32,000 nt of DNA from Methanopyrus kandleri AV19. GTDB lineage: Archaea; JAADCQ01; Methanopyri; Methanopyrales; Methanopyraceae. The stretch lies in the NCBI RefSeq assembly GCF_000007185.1, contig NC_003551.1, forward strand, positions 120,001 through 152,000, in the 5' to 3' direction. A program made the position numbers and the translations under genes. This document shows, in pieces, positions 19,012 to 27,321 of the stretch. The notes beneath the pieces are model-generated. The model was not told the DNA's origin. It worked only from the letters and a program-made list of their open reading frames with translations, and did no database searches. Position 1 is the first letter of the stretch, and every line of letters starts with the position of its first letter.

Positions 19012-19761
19012 TTGCTGATGGATCGATTCGAGATGTTCGGCTCGGAGCTCTACGTACTTCGGACTGCACACGCCGGGGTGGACGGCGACCGGGTGCGACG
19101 TAAAATTCTGGAGTTGGATCCCGAAGCCGTGCTGGTGGAGTTATGCGAAGGTAGGCTGCTCTCGTTCCTCGCCGAACTTCGCGGTGAGCGGGCAGGATCA
19201 CGGACCGGTGGAATCACGGGGAGGTTAGTCGCCGTAGCCGAGCGCATCGTGGGTCGCGTCGTCGGAGGAGAGTTGGGCGAGGACGTCAAAGGGGCCATCG
19301 AAGCGGCACTGGAGCTGGAAGCCGAGATAGTCCCCGTTGACATGGACATCAGCTGGGTCTTCCGAAGGATGAAGATGAAAGCCTCGAGATGGGAACTGCT
19401 GAAGTTCCAATTCTCCGTGGCGATCGACGTCCTACGATCGTTACTCCGACCAGGTCAAACCAGGGATGTCGTGCTATCCTCCGTTGCGGACGAAGAGGCC
19501 GCTCGAGAGATGGTCCAGGGGCTCAGACGTGCTTTTCCCAGGATAGCCGAGGTATTAATCGACGAGCGCAATCGCGTCATCGCGGAGAACACGATCGAGT
19601 TCCTCCACAGCCGTGAGGACGTGACCAAAGCCGTTCTCGTGATAGGTGCAGCCCACTACGGAGTGCTCGACATTCTTCGGGACGCGGAGCTGGAGAGCGC
19701 GTCGCGTCACGATGATGAGGATACGGCGAGCGGAGAGGGTGAAGAGGAGACCGCGGGCTGA
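19012..19761 (+). CDS. TraB/PrgY-family protein (short form without recognisable membrane domain)
   Basis: LYVLRTAHAGVDGDRVRRKILELDPEAVLVELCEGRL, MKMKASRWELLK, VLIDERNRVIAENTIEFL, VLVIGAAHYGVLDIL. TTG start abuts the comB stop. Confidence 0.75.
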   Translation: MLMDRFEMFGSELYVLRTAHAGVDGDRVRRKILELDPEAVLVELCEGRLLSFLAELRGERAGSRTGGITGRLVAVAERIVGRVVGGELGEDVKGAIEAALELEAEIVPVDMDISWVFRRMKMKASRWELLKFQFSVAIDVLRSLLRPGQTRDVVLSSVADEEAAREMVQGLRRAFPRIAEVLIDERNRVIAENTIEFLHSREDVTKAVLVIGAAHYGVLDILRDAELESASRHDDEDTASGEGEEETAG

Positions 19762-19800
19762 GCTGGCCGGCCGGAAGATTGAAAGATTCTTGAATAATTC

Positions 19801-19817
19801 AAATTTCTTTATAGGGC
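19801..19817 (+). promoter_or_regulatory. Candidate TATA-box region for the DUF166 gene
   Basis: aaatttctttataggg in an AT-rich spacer, with RBS-like gaggag just upstream of ATG 19843. Confidence 0.4.
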
Positions 19818-19842
19818 AACAACGGATGAGGAGGGCACCACG

Positions 19843-20517
19843 ATGCGCGTGCTGTTCCTGGGCTACCGATACGGGAGTAGGGCCGCGGAAAACGTAGGGT
19901 CGAGGTCGGACTTCGACGTTGAGTTCCTCAAGGTGAAAGAACCCCCGGAGAACGTTATCCTGGATGAAGAGTACGCGAGGACCCTCTTGCCACCGTCCTA
20001 CTCCGGGTTCGATCTCGTCATTTCGTACCTCCAGCACCCGGACCTACAACTCGCGCTGGCCGAAGTTTGTGATTCCCCTATACTGTACGGTATCACCCCT
20101 GACCCGGCGGTTCGAGAGAAGATAGAGCGCAGTCACGACGCCGTCGCTTTCCCCGAGACCACTATGTGTTCCCTGTTGCCTGATACCGGTATCCCAGAGG
20201 TCGACCGATTCGCCGAGAGGTTCGGGAGACCGAAACTGGAGGTGTCGGTGTCCGGAGGAAAGATCCGGACTGTACGGGTCGTCCGAGGCGCTCCGTGCGG
20301 TGCCACTTGGGTAGCCGCCGAGCGTGTGGAAGGGATGTCGGTGGACGAAGAGGCCGTGAACGCCTTCGCTCTGGCGGCCTGTCATCACTGCGTCGCACCA
20401 CGCTTCGGTAAATTCGAATCGAAGGACGTCACGGCGTACCTGCACGGAGTCGCCTTGGCCGAAGCACTCGGGATCGAACTCGATGTGGACCTAGAGGGGT
20501 TCGAGCTCCCCATTTAA
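19843..20517 (+). CDS. DUF166-family protein of unknown function
   Basis: SGFDLVISYLQHPDLQLALAE, GRPKLEVSVSGGKIRTVRVVRGAPCGATWVAAE, NAFALAACHHCVAPRFGKFESKD, matching the remembered DUF166 pattern (GAPCGAT and conserved Cys/His). Confidence 0.65.
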   Translation: MRVLFLGYRYGSRAAENVGSRSDFDVEFLKVKEPPENVILDEEYARTLLPPSYSGFDLVISYLQHPDLQLALAEVCDSPILYGITPDPAVREKIERSHDAVAFPETTMCSLLPDTGIPEVDRFAERFGRPKLEVSVSGGKIRTVRVVRGAPCGATWVAAERVEGMSVDEEAVNAFALAACHHCVAPRFGKFESKDVTAYLHGVALAEALGIELDVDLEGFELPI

Positions 20518-20547
20518 CCGCTGTTGTTTGTTGTTTAAAGTTAAAGT
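20518..20547. terminator. Candidate AT/T-rich termination region between convergent genes
   Basis: ccgctgttgtttgttgtttaaagttaaag between the stops of 19843-20517(+) and 20548-21369(-); T-rich on plus. Confidence 0.3.
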
Positions 20548-21369
20548 TTAGAGAAGCTTGATGCCCAACCCCTGTAGGATGAACTTCAACGATATGTACA
20601 GGAACACCACTCCGAATATACCCTTGATCGTCCACGGCTTGATCTTCTGAGTAGTTTTCGCGCCTAGCTTCACCCCGGCGATGGTGCCTAGACCCAGCAG
20701 CGTACCTCCTACCAAGTCCGTGAGGCCCTGGGCCATCTTGTACGCCGCTGAGACCGTCGCCATGGGAATCATGCTGATCATGGACGTTCCCACAGCGAGG
20801 TGGACCGGTGCGTCCAGTAGGTAGATGAACGACGGCACCAGGGCGTAGCCTCCACCCAGTCCCAGGATCCCCGTGAGGATCCCGATGCCGAACCCTATGG
20901 CGGCCTTGCTGGACGGCTTACCTGGAATCTCGTCGGCTTCGGACCCCGGGATCTTTTTGATCCACTCGTAAATCATCCGAACCGCGGCGTACAGGAAAGC
21001 CGCCCCGAGGATCACCTGCAGTGCTCCGGTATGCTTCATTATGAGGGCGAAGATCACGGAGCCCAGCAGTGCACCGATTGCGCCGGCGGCCAGCACGATA
21101 GCCGACGTTTCGTAGTCGATGTTTCCGAGTTTCGCGTGAGACATCGTACCGAACGTCGCCGTCCACACCACCGCGAAGACCGTCGTAGCGATGGCTTCCG
21201 GAATAGGGTACTTCAGCAAGAACACGAGCATGGGTAGCATCAGCACACATCCGCCGGTGCCTATGATACCGCCCAGGTAACCCGCTATGAATCCCGTTCC
21301 CAGCAACTCGAGTACCGCGAGTGCCGTCAGCCCGGGCAAACGCGTTGCCCTGCTCTCCTCTAATTTCAA
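20548..21369 (-). CDS. TauE/SafE-family membrane transporter (candidate sulfite/sulfonate exporter), copy 1 (start uncertain)
   Basis: Multi-TM protein with GTGFIAGYLGGIIGTGGCVLMLPMLVFLLK, NIDYETSAIVLAAGAIGALLGSVI, IGFGIGILTGILGLGGGYALVPSFIYLL, VHLAVGTSMISMIP. Confidence 0.85.
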   Translation of the reverse strand: MKLEESRATRLPGLTALAVLELLGTGFIAGYLGGIIGTGGCVLMLPMLVFLLKYPIPEAIATTVFAVVWTATFGTMSHAKLGNIDYETSAIVLAAGAIGALLGSVIFALIMKHTGALQVILGAAFLYAAVRMIYEWIKKIPGSEADEIPGKPSSKAAIGFGIGILTGILGLGGGYALVPSFIYLLDAPVHLAVGTSMISMIPMATVSAAYKMAQGLTDLVGGTLLGLGTIAGVKLGAKTTQKIKPWTIKGIFGVVFLYISLKFILQGLGIKLL

Positions 21370-21370
21370 A

Positions 21371-21388
21371 AGTTTTTTAATGTTTCGA
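21371..21388 (-). promoter_or_regulatory. Candidate BRE/TATA promoter for the TauE/SafE copy 1 gene
   Basis: Minus strand reads cgaaacattaaaaaact, BRE-like cgaaa plus an A/T run. If used, the true start lies downstream of the listed TTG at 21369. Confidence 0.4.
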
Positions 21389-21414
21389 GATTAGTTGAAT
21401 AAAGGGATGCCATC

Positions 21415-21891
21415 GTGCCTCGGAAGATCTTGGTGCCGTTCGACGGGTCCGAACCCGCCGAGCTGGCCTTGAAGTGGGCGCTTCTGGACGCGCACGACCA
21501 CGGATTTCCGATCAAAGTGATGTACGTGGTCGACCGCTCCTTGGACCTGCTCACGGGCTTCGCCCCCAGGGAGACCGTGCTGAAGGAGCTGAAGGAGAGA
21601 GGGGAGAAGATTCTGGAGGAAGCTGAGCAAATAGCCGGTGAACTAGGTGTCGACGTGAAGATTGAGAAGAAGGTCTGTGTAGGCATCCCGTGGCGTGAAA
21701 TCGTGAGGGAAGCGGAAGATGACGAGGAGATCAACCTAATCGTGATGGGGTCTCACGGACGAACCGGTCCAGAACACGCGATCCTCGGAAGCGTCGCGGA
21801 GAACGTGATCAGACACAGTCCCGTCAACGTCTTAGTGGTGAAGCGTGAGAAGAGGGTCGAGGATAGCGTTGAGGAGTCTTCCCGCCGCTAG
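21415..21891 (+). CDS. Universal stress protein (UspA family)
   Basis: RKILVPFDGSEPAELALKWALLDA and nucleotide-binding motif IVMGSHGRTGPEHAILGSVAENVIRHSPVNVLVV. Confidence 0.93.
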   Translation: MPRKILVPFDGSEPAELALKWALLDAHDHGFPIKVMYVVDRSLDLLTGFAPRETVLKELKERGEKILEEAEQIAGELGVDVKIEKKVCVGIPWREIVREAEDDEEINLIVMGSHGRTGPEHAILGSVAENVIRHSPVNVLVVKREKRVEDSVEESSRR

Positions 21892-22646
21892 ACCAAGCGC
21901 AGGCCGCTGAGCACCATCTTAGCCCCTACGAGGGCTAATACCACTGAAAACGCCCGCTTGACTCTCTCACCGCCGATCTTGTTGGAGAGCTCCGCCCCCA
22001 CGTATGACGATATTAACATGCCGGTAACTACTGCCAGGGCAGCCCAGAAGTTCACGTACCCTTCCATCCAGTACTGAGCGGCCCCCGCCAGCGCGCTGAC
22101 GGGGACGATCACGGAGGACGTGCCTATGGCGAGCATGGTCGGGAAGTTCAGGACTGATGCCATCACCGGGACGAAAAGCACGCCGCCCCCTGAGCCGGTG
22201 AAACCACTGAAGGCCCCTACGCCGAAACCCGTGAGCGATGCTACCGCGATGTTATCGCGGATCTCGTTCCCCTCCTCGGTTTCCCCGTCGAACGCCATCC
22301 TGAGGGCCATCGCGGAGCATGCAACTCCCAGCGCGACTTTGAGCACGTGCTCGGGAGTTAGGCATGCTAAATAGCTCCCCACCTGTGCTCCCACGATCGC
22401 ACTTAATCCGAAGATCGGTGCCGCGTCGACGTGTACGTTGCCCTCTTGAAGGTGCCTGTAGGCGCCGGTAAACCCGCCGAGACTTATGGCCAATAGCGTC
22501 GTGCCCAGGGCCAGGTGCATGGGCATTCCGGTGGAGTTCAGGAGTGGTACTAGTAGGAAGCCTCCCCCGACACCGAACATTCCGGAAACTAATCCTACGA
22601 GACCACCTATCCCCAAGTACAGCATCATTGACGGGTCGGGTATCAT
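21888..22646 (-). CDS. TauE/SafE-family membrane transporter, copy 2
   Basis: GIGGLVGLVSGMFGVGGGFLLVPLLNSTGMPMHLALGTTLLAISLGGFTGAYRHLQEGNV and GFGVGAFSGFTGSGGGVLFVPVMASVLNFPTMLAIGTSSVIVPVSALAGAAQY. Confidence 0.88.
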   Translation of the reverse strand: MIPDPSMMLYLGIGGLVGLVSGMFGVGGGFLLVPLLNSTGMPMHLALGTTLLAISLGGFTGAYRHLQEGNVHVDAAPIFGLSAIVGAQVGSYLACLTPEHVLKVALGVACSAMALRMAFDGETEEGNEIRDNIAVASLTGFGVGAFSGFTGSGGGVLFVPVMASVLNFPTMLAIGTSSVIVPVSALAGAAQYWMEGYVNFWAALAVVTGMLISSYVGAELSNKIGGERVKRAFSVVLALVGAKMVLSGLRLV

Positions 22647-22703
22647 AGGGGAATTTCTTCCCCTCCGCGCTCTGCGCGGCTCGCGCAGACGCAGAAGTGT
22701 TAC

Positions 22704-23419
22704 TTAATGACATTGTCGCCCCCGTAGTGTCCTAAGGGCCGTCCCCACCACATTTCCCTTAACATGAGGGATCCACTCACGCTCCAACCGATCGAGAAAC
22801 TCCTCCACCTCATCTCGAAGCCCTCCGGCGTAGGGGCACACGTCCTCCGTCATTACGGTATCGACTTTCAACTCCTCCGCCAACGCCTTGGTGACCGCCT
22901 CCGGACAGCGAACTAACGGTCGGATGAGTCTGGGCCCTCCGCGCCATGTTCCCGTGTACCATAGCAGTTTCAACCGTTCGGCACCTGTGAGCAGTGAGAG
23001 TATCACCGTAGCCGCCGCGTCGTCCAGCGTATGACCTAAGGCGATGTAGTCGAATCCCTTCTCCTCCGCAAGTTGACCGAGCTCGATCCTTCGGAGTGTG
23101 CGACACGCGTAGCAGACCTTGCGGGCGTTCATCTCCTCTTTGAGCTCGAGTACGTCACTTTCGGGTTCCAGAAGGTAGGCGTGTATCTCCAGGATCTTCG
23201 CCTGCTCCTCAACGACATCCCAGGCGCTGATTTTCTTACCGTCCACCGTCGGGGCCACGTGAGCCCCTTCTACCTCCCACCCGTACCCACCTCGAGTCTC
23301 TTCAGCCCGAAGGCCACCGCGAAACTGTCCTTACCTCCCGACATAGCTACCAGGATCCTCGAACCCGGCCGCGGATGGCCGGATCTCCGAACGCACTCCT
23401 TGATCTTGTCCTCAATCAC
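22704..23419 (-). pseudogene. PP-loop ATPase (TtcA/TtuA-like tRNA thiolation family), reading frame interrupted by a single-base shift near 23284-23290; covers ORFs 22704..23258 and the downstream part of 23270..23593
   Basis: N-terminal frame has VIEDKIKECVRRSGHPRPGSRILVAMSGGKDSFAVAFGLKRLE; the adjacent frame continues GYGWEVEGAHVAPTVDGKKISAWDVVEEQAK...CYACRTLRRIELGQLAEEKGFDYIALGHTLDDAATVILSLLTG...RLIRPLVR...VCPYAG. Together they make one complete family member. Confidence 0.75.
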
Positions 23420-23436
23420 TCGGGCGGGATCGTCGG

Positions 23437-23949
23437 GTGTACGTGGTGGGCGTGGACCTGGCGGCAAAGCCCGGAAACCCCGCCGGCTTCGCAGTTTGGA
23501 GAGAAGGGGAGATCGTGTGTTGGTCCGAGTCCTCCGATGATGAGCGCGTGCTGGAGGTATGTCGGAAGGCTGAACTGGTGGTCTTCGACGCACCGCTCAC
23601 CGAGTCCGATAGACCCTTTCGGCGGCGGGATGAGATCTTCCGCCGGTACGCTCCGGTCCTCCCCCTCACTTTCCCGGGCATGCGGGAGTTATCCAGAAGG
23701 GCGCGGTCTCTGGTGCGAAGGCTGGAGTTAGAGGTTTACGAGACGTATCCGCGAGCCGCGGAACGCTTCATCAGGCTACATGGGAACCCGGTGGACGAGC
23801 ACTCCAGGGACGCCGCGATATGCTGCGCGGTGGGACTGGCGGTGCTCGAGGGCGAAGCCCACGTCTTCGGTGAGCCGCCGAAGGCCGCGTTGCCGAAGCG
23901 GGAGCTGTCGGTCTCCGTCAGAGCTCTAACCGCTCCTCCCGACGTATGA
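23437..23949 (+). CDS. DUF429-family predicted nuclease (RNase H-like fold)
   Basis: VVGVDLAAKPGNPAGFAVWREGEI, LVVFDAPLTE, RRRDEIFRRY, YETYPRAAERFIRLHG, HSRDAAICCAVGLAVLEG. Confidence 0.7.
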   Translation: MYVVGVDLAAKPGNPAGFAVWREGEIVCWSESSDDERVLEVCRKAELVVFDAPLTESDRPFRRRDEIFRRYAPVLPLTFPGMRELSRRARSLVRRLELEVYETYPRAAERFIRLHGNPVDEHSRDAAICCAVGLAVLEGEAHVFGEPPKAALPKRELSVSVRALTAPPDV

Positions 23950-26485
23950 TGACTTCCTTCGGCTCCCCTTCTTCGACCTCCACGATGACGGTACCCGTGA
24001 GCCCCTTGTCAGCCAGCCGCTCCACCGCCTTCCGGATACCCTCGACCGCGGCGCTCCGTTGTAGATCCTCCTTGTACTCCTCATACAGAAGACCCACCAG
24101 GTCCCTGAGGGATCGCATGAGGTCGGGTACTTCCTCACCCAGGACGTCCGCGACATCCGCCCACTTCCAGCGCTGCAGACACTTGGTGATGAGCAGCAGT
24201 TCCTCCTCCTCGGATAGTTCCGGCCTGTCCTCGGTGTCCAGGAAGTACGCCTTCGCCAGCTCCCGCACCGCGTCGGCGGCGATCTCGTACGTATGGACCA
24301 TATCCGCGTACTTTTTGAGCCGTCTGAGCTGGCCCTCGGTCAGCGTCGGCCGGTACCTCAAGGATGACATGGGTTCGAAGAGCAGTCGGGCTACCTCGGG
24401 CTCAAGGTCCCGATGTGTTTCGCCCAGCCAGTCCGCCAGCTTGATCCGGAACTCGAAGTTCGCCCTGTTAATGATCTCCTCGGCTTCCTCGGAGATCGGC
24501 CGGATCACGGCGACGGAGTACTCTCCGCTCACAGGGTTGCGGTTAGGGCTGATGTGCACGGGCACGAAACCATTACGCAACCAGAATCGGGTAAGTTCTT
24601 CGTTGGCTCCAAATCCTGTTCCTATCCAGTCGTAGTCCTTCTTTTTCGCTATTTTTGCCAGCTCCTTCAGAGCTCGAGAGCCAAGACCGTGCCTCATGAT
24701 GTCGGGATGTGTCGCTATCCTTACAATTCTAAGCCCCTTCATTCGTGGGAAATCCAGCGCGTCGTGATGTTGAACCATCAGATCCGGGATCACGTTACCC
24801 GGCGGTCGGTAACCGCGACGCATCTTGGTGATCACGTCTCTGGGTATAGTGCCCTCACGGGCTACCTGGAGCGCGGTGACGATCTTGCCGGTCTCCGTCT
24901 TGAGGGCGTAGGCCTCGTGATGTGGAGCGTCGGCGAGTACCATCACGTCGCTGGGTCGGTTGCGGTAGTGGGCCATCACGTAGATTCCGATGAACTGACG
25001 GAGTTCCTCCTCACCCTCAGGGTCCTCGAACCAGTACCTCAGGTCCGGCTTCTCGAACTCGACCCTCATTTCCTTCACGCATTCCAGGTCCTCCTTGTCG
25101 AGGTCCGCGGGCTCGGCGTCCAGGAGAAGCGTGTCGAACAGCCATCGTTCGATGGGGTCATCCGAATCGTAGCGGATCGGCTCGTGCATCTTGAACTCTA
25201 TTAGGCGAACATCCCGTCTCTTGCGAACGTTCTGGAGGAACCTCACCGAGAACCCGCGGCCCGCACCCTCGTAACCGTGAATTGTCGAGGAGTAGACCAC
25301 CTTGTCGTTGTTATCCAGGATCCGCTCCAGGATGGGTACGTGAATCGAAGCGGCCTCGTCGACTACCATCAGATCGCACTCGATCTCGGAAGCCTCGGAC
25401 GGACGCTCGTACTCGACCACGAAATCGTCGGTTTCTACGTACACGATGTTCCCCTTGTCGTCCCGTTCCACATCGTACTCGACACCGAGCTCACGCAGTG
25501 CCTCGAGTAGGAACTCGAAGAGTACGGCGACGTTCTCGGGCTCGGACGCCGTCACCACGACGTCGTACACGTCGGTCGTGACGCCCGCACCGGCCACGGC
25601 GATTCCGAGAAGCGCCGACTTGCCCCGCCCTCGGTCCGCCGTGAGGATGAGGGCGGTCTTACCGTTCGACTCCAGCAGCTCTTCGAACCTGATCAAAGCC
25701 CGGAACTGATCCTCGGTTGCACACATCCGATAGAGCTCTTCGGGAAGCACGGCGTCGTCCGGTGGATCGAGATCTGGCCGCTCTCGGCGCTTAACCTCCA
25801 CCTCGAGGTCGACATCTTCCGACGGTTCGGGCTCCGCGGTCCACTCGTCCGTATCCACTATCCAAACACCGTCGTGCTCCTTCAGCTTCCTGATGAACCG
25901 CCGGTTGAAGCGCTTACCGACGTGATCGAGCGTGTAAGGTGGTGTCACTAAGCTCTTGTGGAAGGCCGTCCACATGTTCCTCCAGCGGTCGAAGGGCGGG
26001 GTCTGGAAGATTACGAGACCACCTCCACGAACGGTTTCGACGAGACGACCGATAGCGTCCGGATCCAGGTCGTAGGAGAGGTCGATCACCATGAGGTCCC
26101 AGGTGGTACCGAGCGCCCGTTTGGAGCCGCTGAAAGTGAGCGCTTCTAATTCGTACTCGAAGTTCGCTTCCTCGGCGAACCCCTCGAGGACGCGGCGAAA
26201 CTCCTCGTAACGCTCACGAGCGTAGGTATCCTCCTTGAGACTGTCCGTCACGTACAGGACGGAAATGGGTCTGTCCCGGACGTCGAAAAGGACGTCCGCA
26301 GCTCCCGCCGTCACGACACCCGCGGCCTCCGCTTTGCCCTCATCACCCTGAAACACGATCATCCTTCGGTGCCGGTGGGCTAAGGCCTCGGCGAGGGCTT
26401 CCTCCCCCACGTCGAGCACGATCTCATCGACGTCCGCGAAGTCCAGCACGCCCTCGTCGAAGAACACTTCCGCCTTGTCCGGCAT
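23918..26485 (-). CDS. tmcA: tRNA(Met) cytidine acetyltransferase TmcA (probable ATG at 26485; ORF track starts 26557)
   Basis: ATPase module LILTADRGRGKSALLGIAVAG-type P-loop (ILTADRGRGKSALLG), LMVVDEAASIHVPILERIL, STIHGYEGAGRGFSVRF; GNAT module RIATHPDIMRHGLGSRALKEL, DWIGTGFGANEELTRFWLRNGFVPVHISPNRNPVSGEYSVAVI. Purine-rich RBS ggaggggg upstream of ATG 26485. Confidence 0.93.
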   Translation of the reverse strand: MPDKAEVFFDEGVLDFADVDEIVLDVGEEALAEALAHRHRRMIVFQGDEGKAEAAGVVTAGAADVLFDVRDRPISVLYVTDSLKEDTYARERYEEFRRVLEGFAEEANFEYELEALTFSGSKRALGTTWDLMVIDLSYDLDPDAIGRLVETVRGGGLVIFQTPPFDRWRNMWTAFHKSLVTPPYTLDHVGKRFNRRFIRKLKEHDGVWIVDTDEWTAEPEPSEDVDLEVEVKRRERPDLDPPDDAVLPEELYRMCATEDQFRALIRFEELLESNGKTALILTADRGRGKSALLGIAVAGAGVTTDVYDVVVTASEPENVAVLFEFLLEALRELGVEYDVERDDKGNIVYVETDDFVVEYERPSEASEIECDLMVVDEAASIHVPILERILDNNDKVVYSSTIHGYEGAGRGFSVRFLQNVRKRRDVRLIEFKMHEPIRYDSDDPIERWLFDTLLLDAEPADLDKEDLECVKEMRVEFEKPDLRYWFEDPEGEEELRQFIGIYVMAHYRNRPSDVMVLADAPHHEAYALKTETGKIVTALQVAREGTIPRDVITKMRRGYRPPGNVIPDLMVQHHDALDFPRMKGLRIVRIATHPDIMRHGLGSRALKELAKIAKKKDYDWIGTGFGANEELTRFWLRNGFVPVHISPNRNPVSGEYSVAVIRPISEEAEEIINRANFEFRIKLADWLGETHRDLEPEVARLLFEPMSSLRYRPTLTEGQLRRLKKYADMVHTYEIAADAVRELAKAYFLDTEDRPELSEEEELLLITKCLQRWKWADVADVLGEEVPDLMRSLRDLVGLLYEEYKEDLQRSAAVEGIRKAVERLADKGLTGTVIVEVEEGEPKEVIIRREERLEL

Positions 26486-26563
26486 TCCGCGCCCCCTCCG
26501 CCGCACTATTCCCTTGACGGTGAGATTCGACTTAAAGCCCGAGATGGTACACCCCACTCGGGG

Positions 26564-26614
26564 ATGAAGACGGACCTCGGGCCGAAGTCCGATGGGGAGG
26601 GTCCGCGCTACTGA
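26564..26614 (+). ncRNA. Candidate C/D box sRNA (weaker)
   Basis: C-like ATGAAGA (26564-26570), 12 nt cggacctcgggc, degenerate D' cgaa, 5 nt, C'-like ATGGGGA (26592-26598), 12 nt gggtccgcgcta, D box CTGA (26611-26614). Flanks (c)gggg / cccg could form a short GC terminal stem. Confidence 0.35.
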
Positions 26615-26637
26615 CCCGCCTCCTCGGGGGACCCGGG

Positions 26638-27321
26638 TTGACCCCCAGGATCATGGTGGGGACCTCCCCGTTCCTAGGAGCCGGCCAGTTCGGGCATCGG
26701 GCCCTTCTATACCGGCGCACCTTCTACCACCGTCCTGAAAACATCGTTGCGCTGCTAGAGTACTGCGCCGAAGAGCTCGGCGTTACGGGCGTTCAAGCCC
26801 TGGCGGATCCGGTCATTATCGGGGCGCTGAGGGACGCGGATCCCGATCTGGACGTCGTGGCGGTAGTGGGACTGAGGAACTTGGAGGAGGAGCTCGAAAT
26901 GCTGGAAAACCTGAACCTGCGTGCGGTGCTTCTCCACGCCAGCTGTGTCGATGGTGAGGACGTCGGAGAAGTGTCGGCCAAGCTGGACGAAATCAGAAGC
27001 CGATTAGATGTTCCGGTCGGGATCGCCACGCACCGACCGGACGAGACGCTCCCTAGGTGGGAAGATAAAAAGACGGCGGACGTGTACATGGTCCCCCTGA
27101 ACCCAGTTGGGGCGTTCATGGGAGACCAGAAAGCCGTTGAGGAGCTCTTGGCCGAAACGGATCGAACTGTGATAGCGAAGAAAGTATTGGCGGCCGGATC
27201 CTTACCACCGGAGGAAGGACTACCGTACGCAGCGCGTTACGCGGACGCCGTGGCTGTAGGAATCACCGGAAAGAAGGAGGCGGAAGAGACCCTGAGGATC
27301 GCCAAGAGGTACTTCGGGTGA
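26638..27321 (+). CDS. Uncharacterised protein, possibly TIM-barrel-like (TTG 26638 or ATG 26653 start)
   Basis: Long ORF with coding-like composition and alternating beta/alpha pattern (GVTGVQALADPVIIGALRD, LDVVAVVGLRNLEEELEML, LRAVLLHASCVDG, VPVGIATHRPDETL, DVYMVPLNPVGAFM, ADAVAVGITGKKEAEETLRIAKRYFG). No family recognised. Confidence 0.6.
   Translation: MTPRIMVGTSPFLGAGQFGHRALLYRRTFYHRPENIVALLEYCAEELGVTGVQALADPVIIGALRDADPDLDVVAVVGLRNLEEELEMLENLNLRAVLLHASCVDGEDVGEVSAKLDEIRSRLDVPVGIATHRPDETLPRWEDKKTADVYMVPLNPVGAFMGDQKAVEELLAETDRTVIAKKVLAAGSLPPEEGLPYAARYADAVAVGITGKKEAEETLRIAKRYFG

Noticed and set aside
20044-20445. 133-aa and related ORFs antisense to the DUF166 gene
   Set aside because: No RBS or family motif; opposite-strand coding signal is stronger.
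23946-25204. Long plus-strand ORFs (229 aa and 263 aa) antisense to tmcA
   Set aside because: Fully covered by conserved TmcA coding sequence; Ser/Arg-biased low-information translations.
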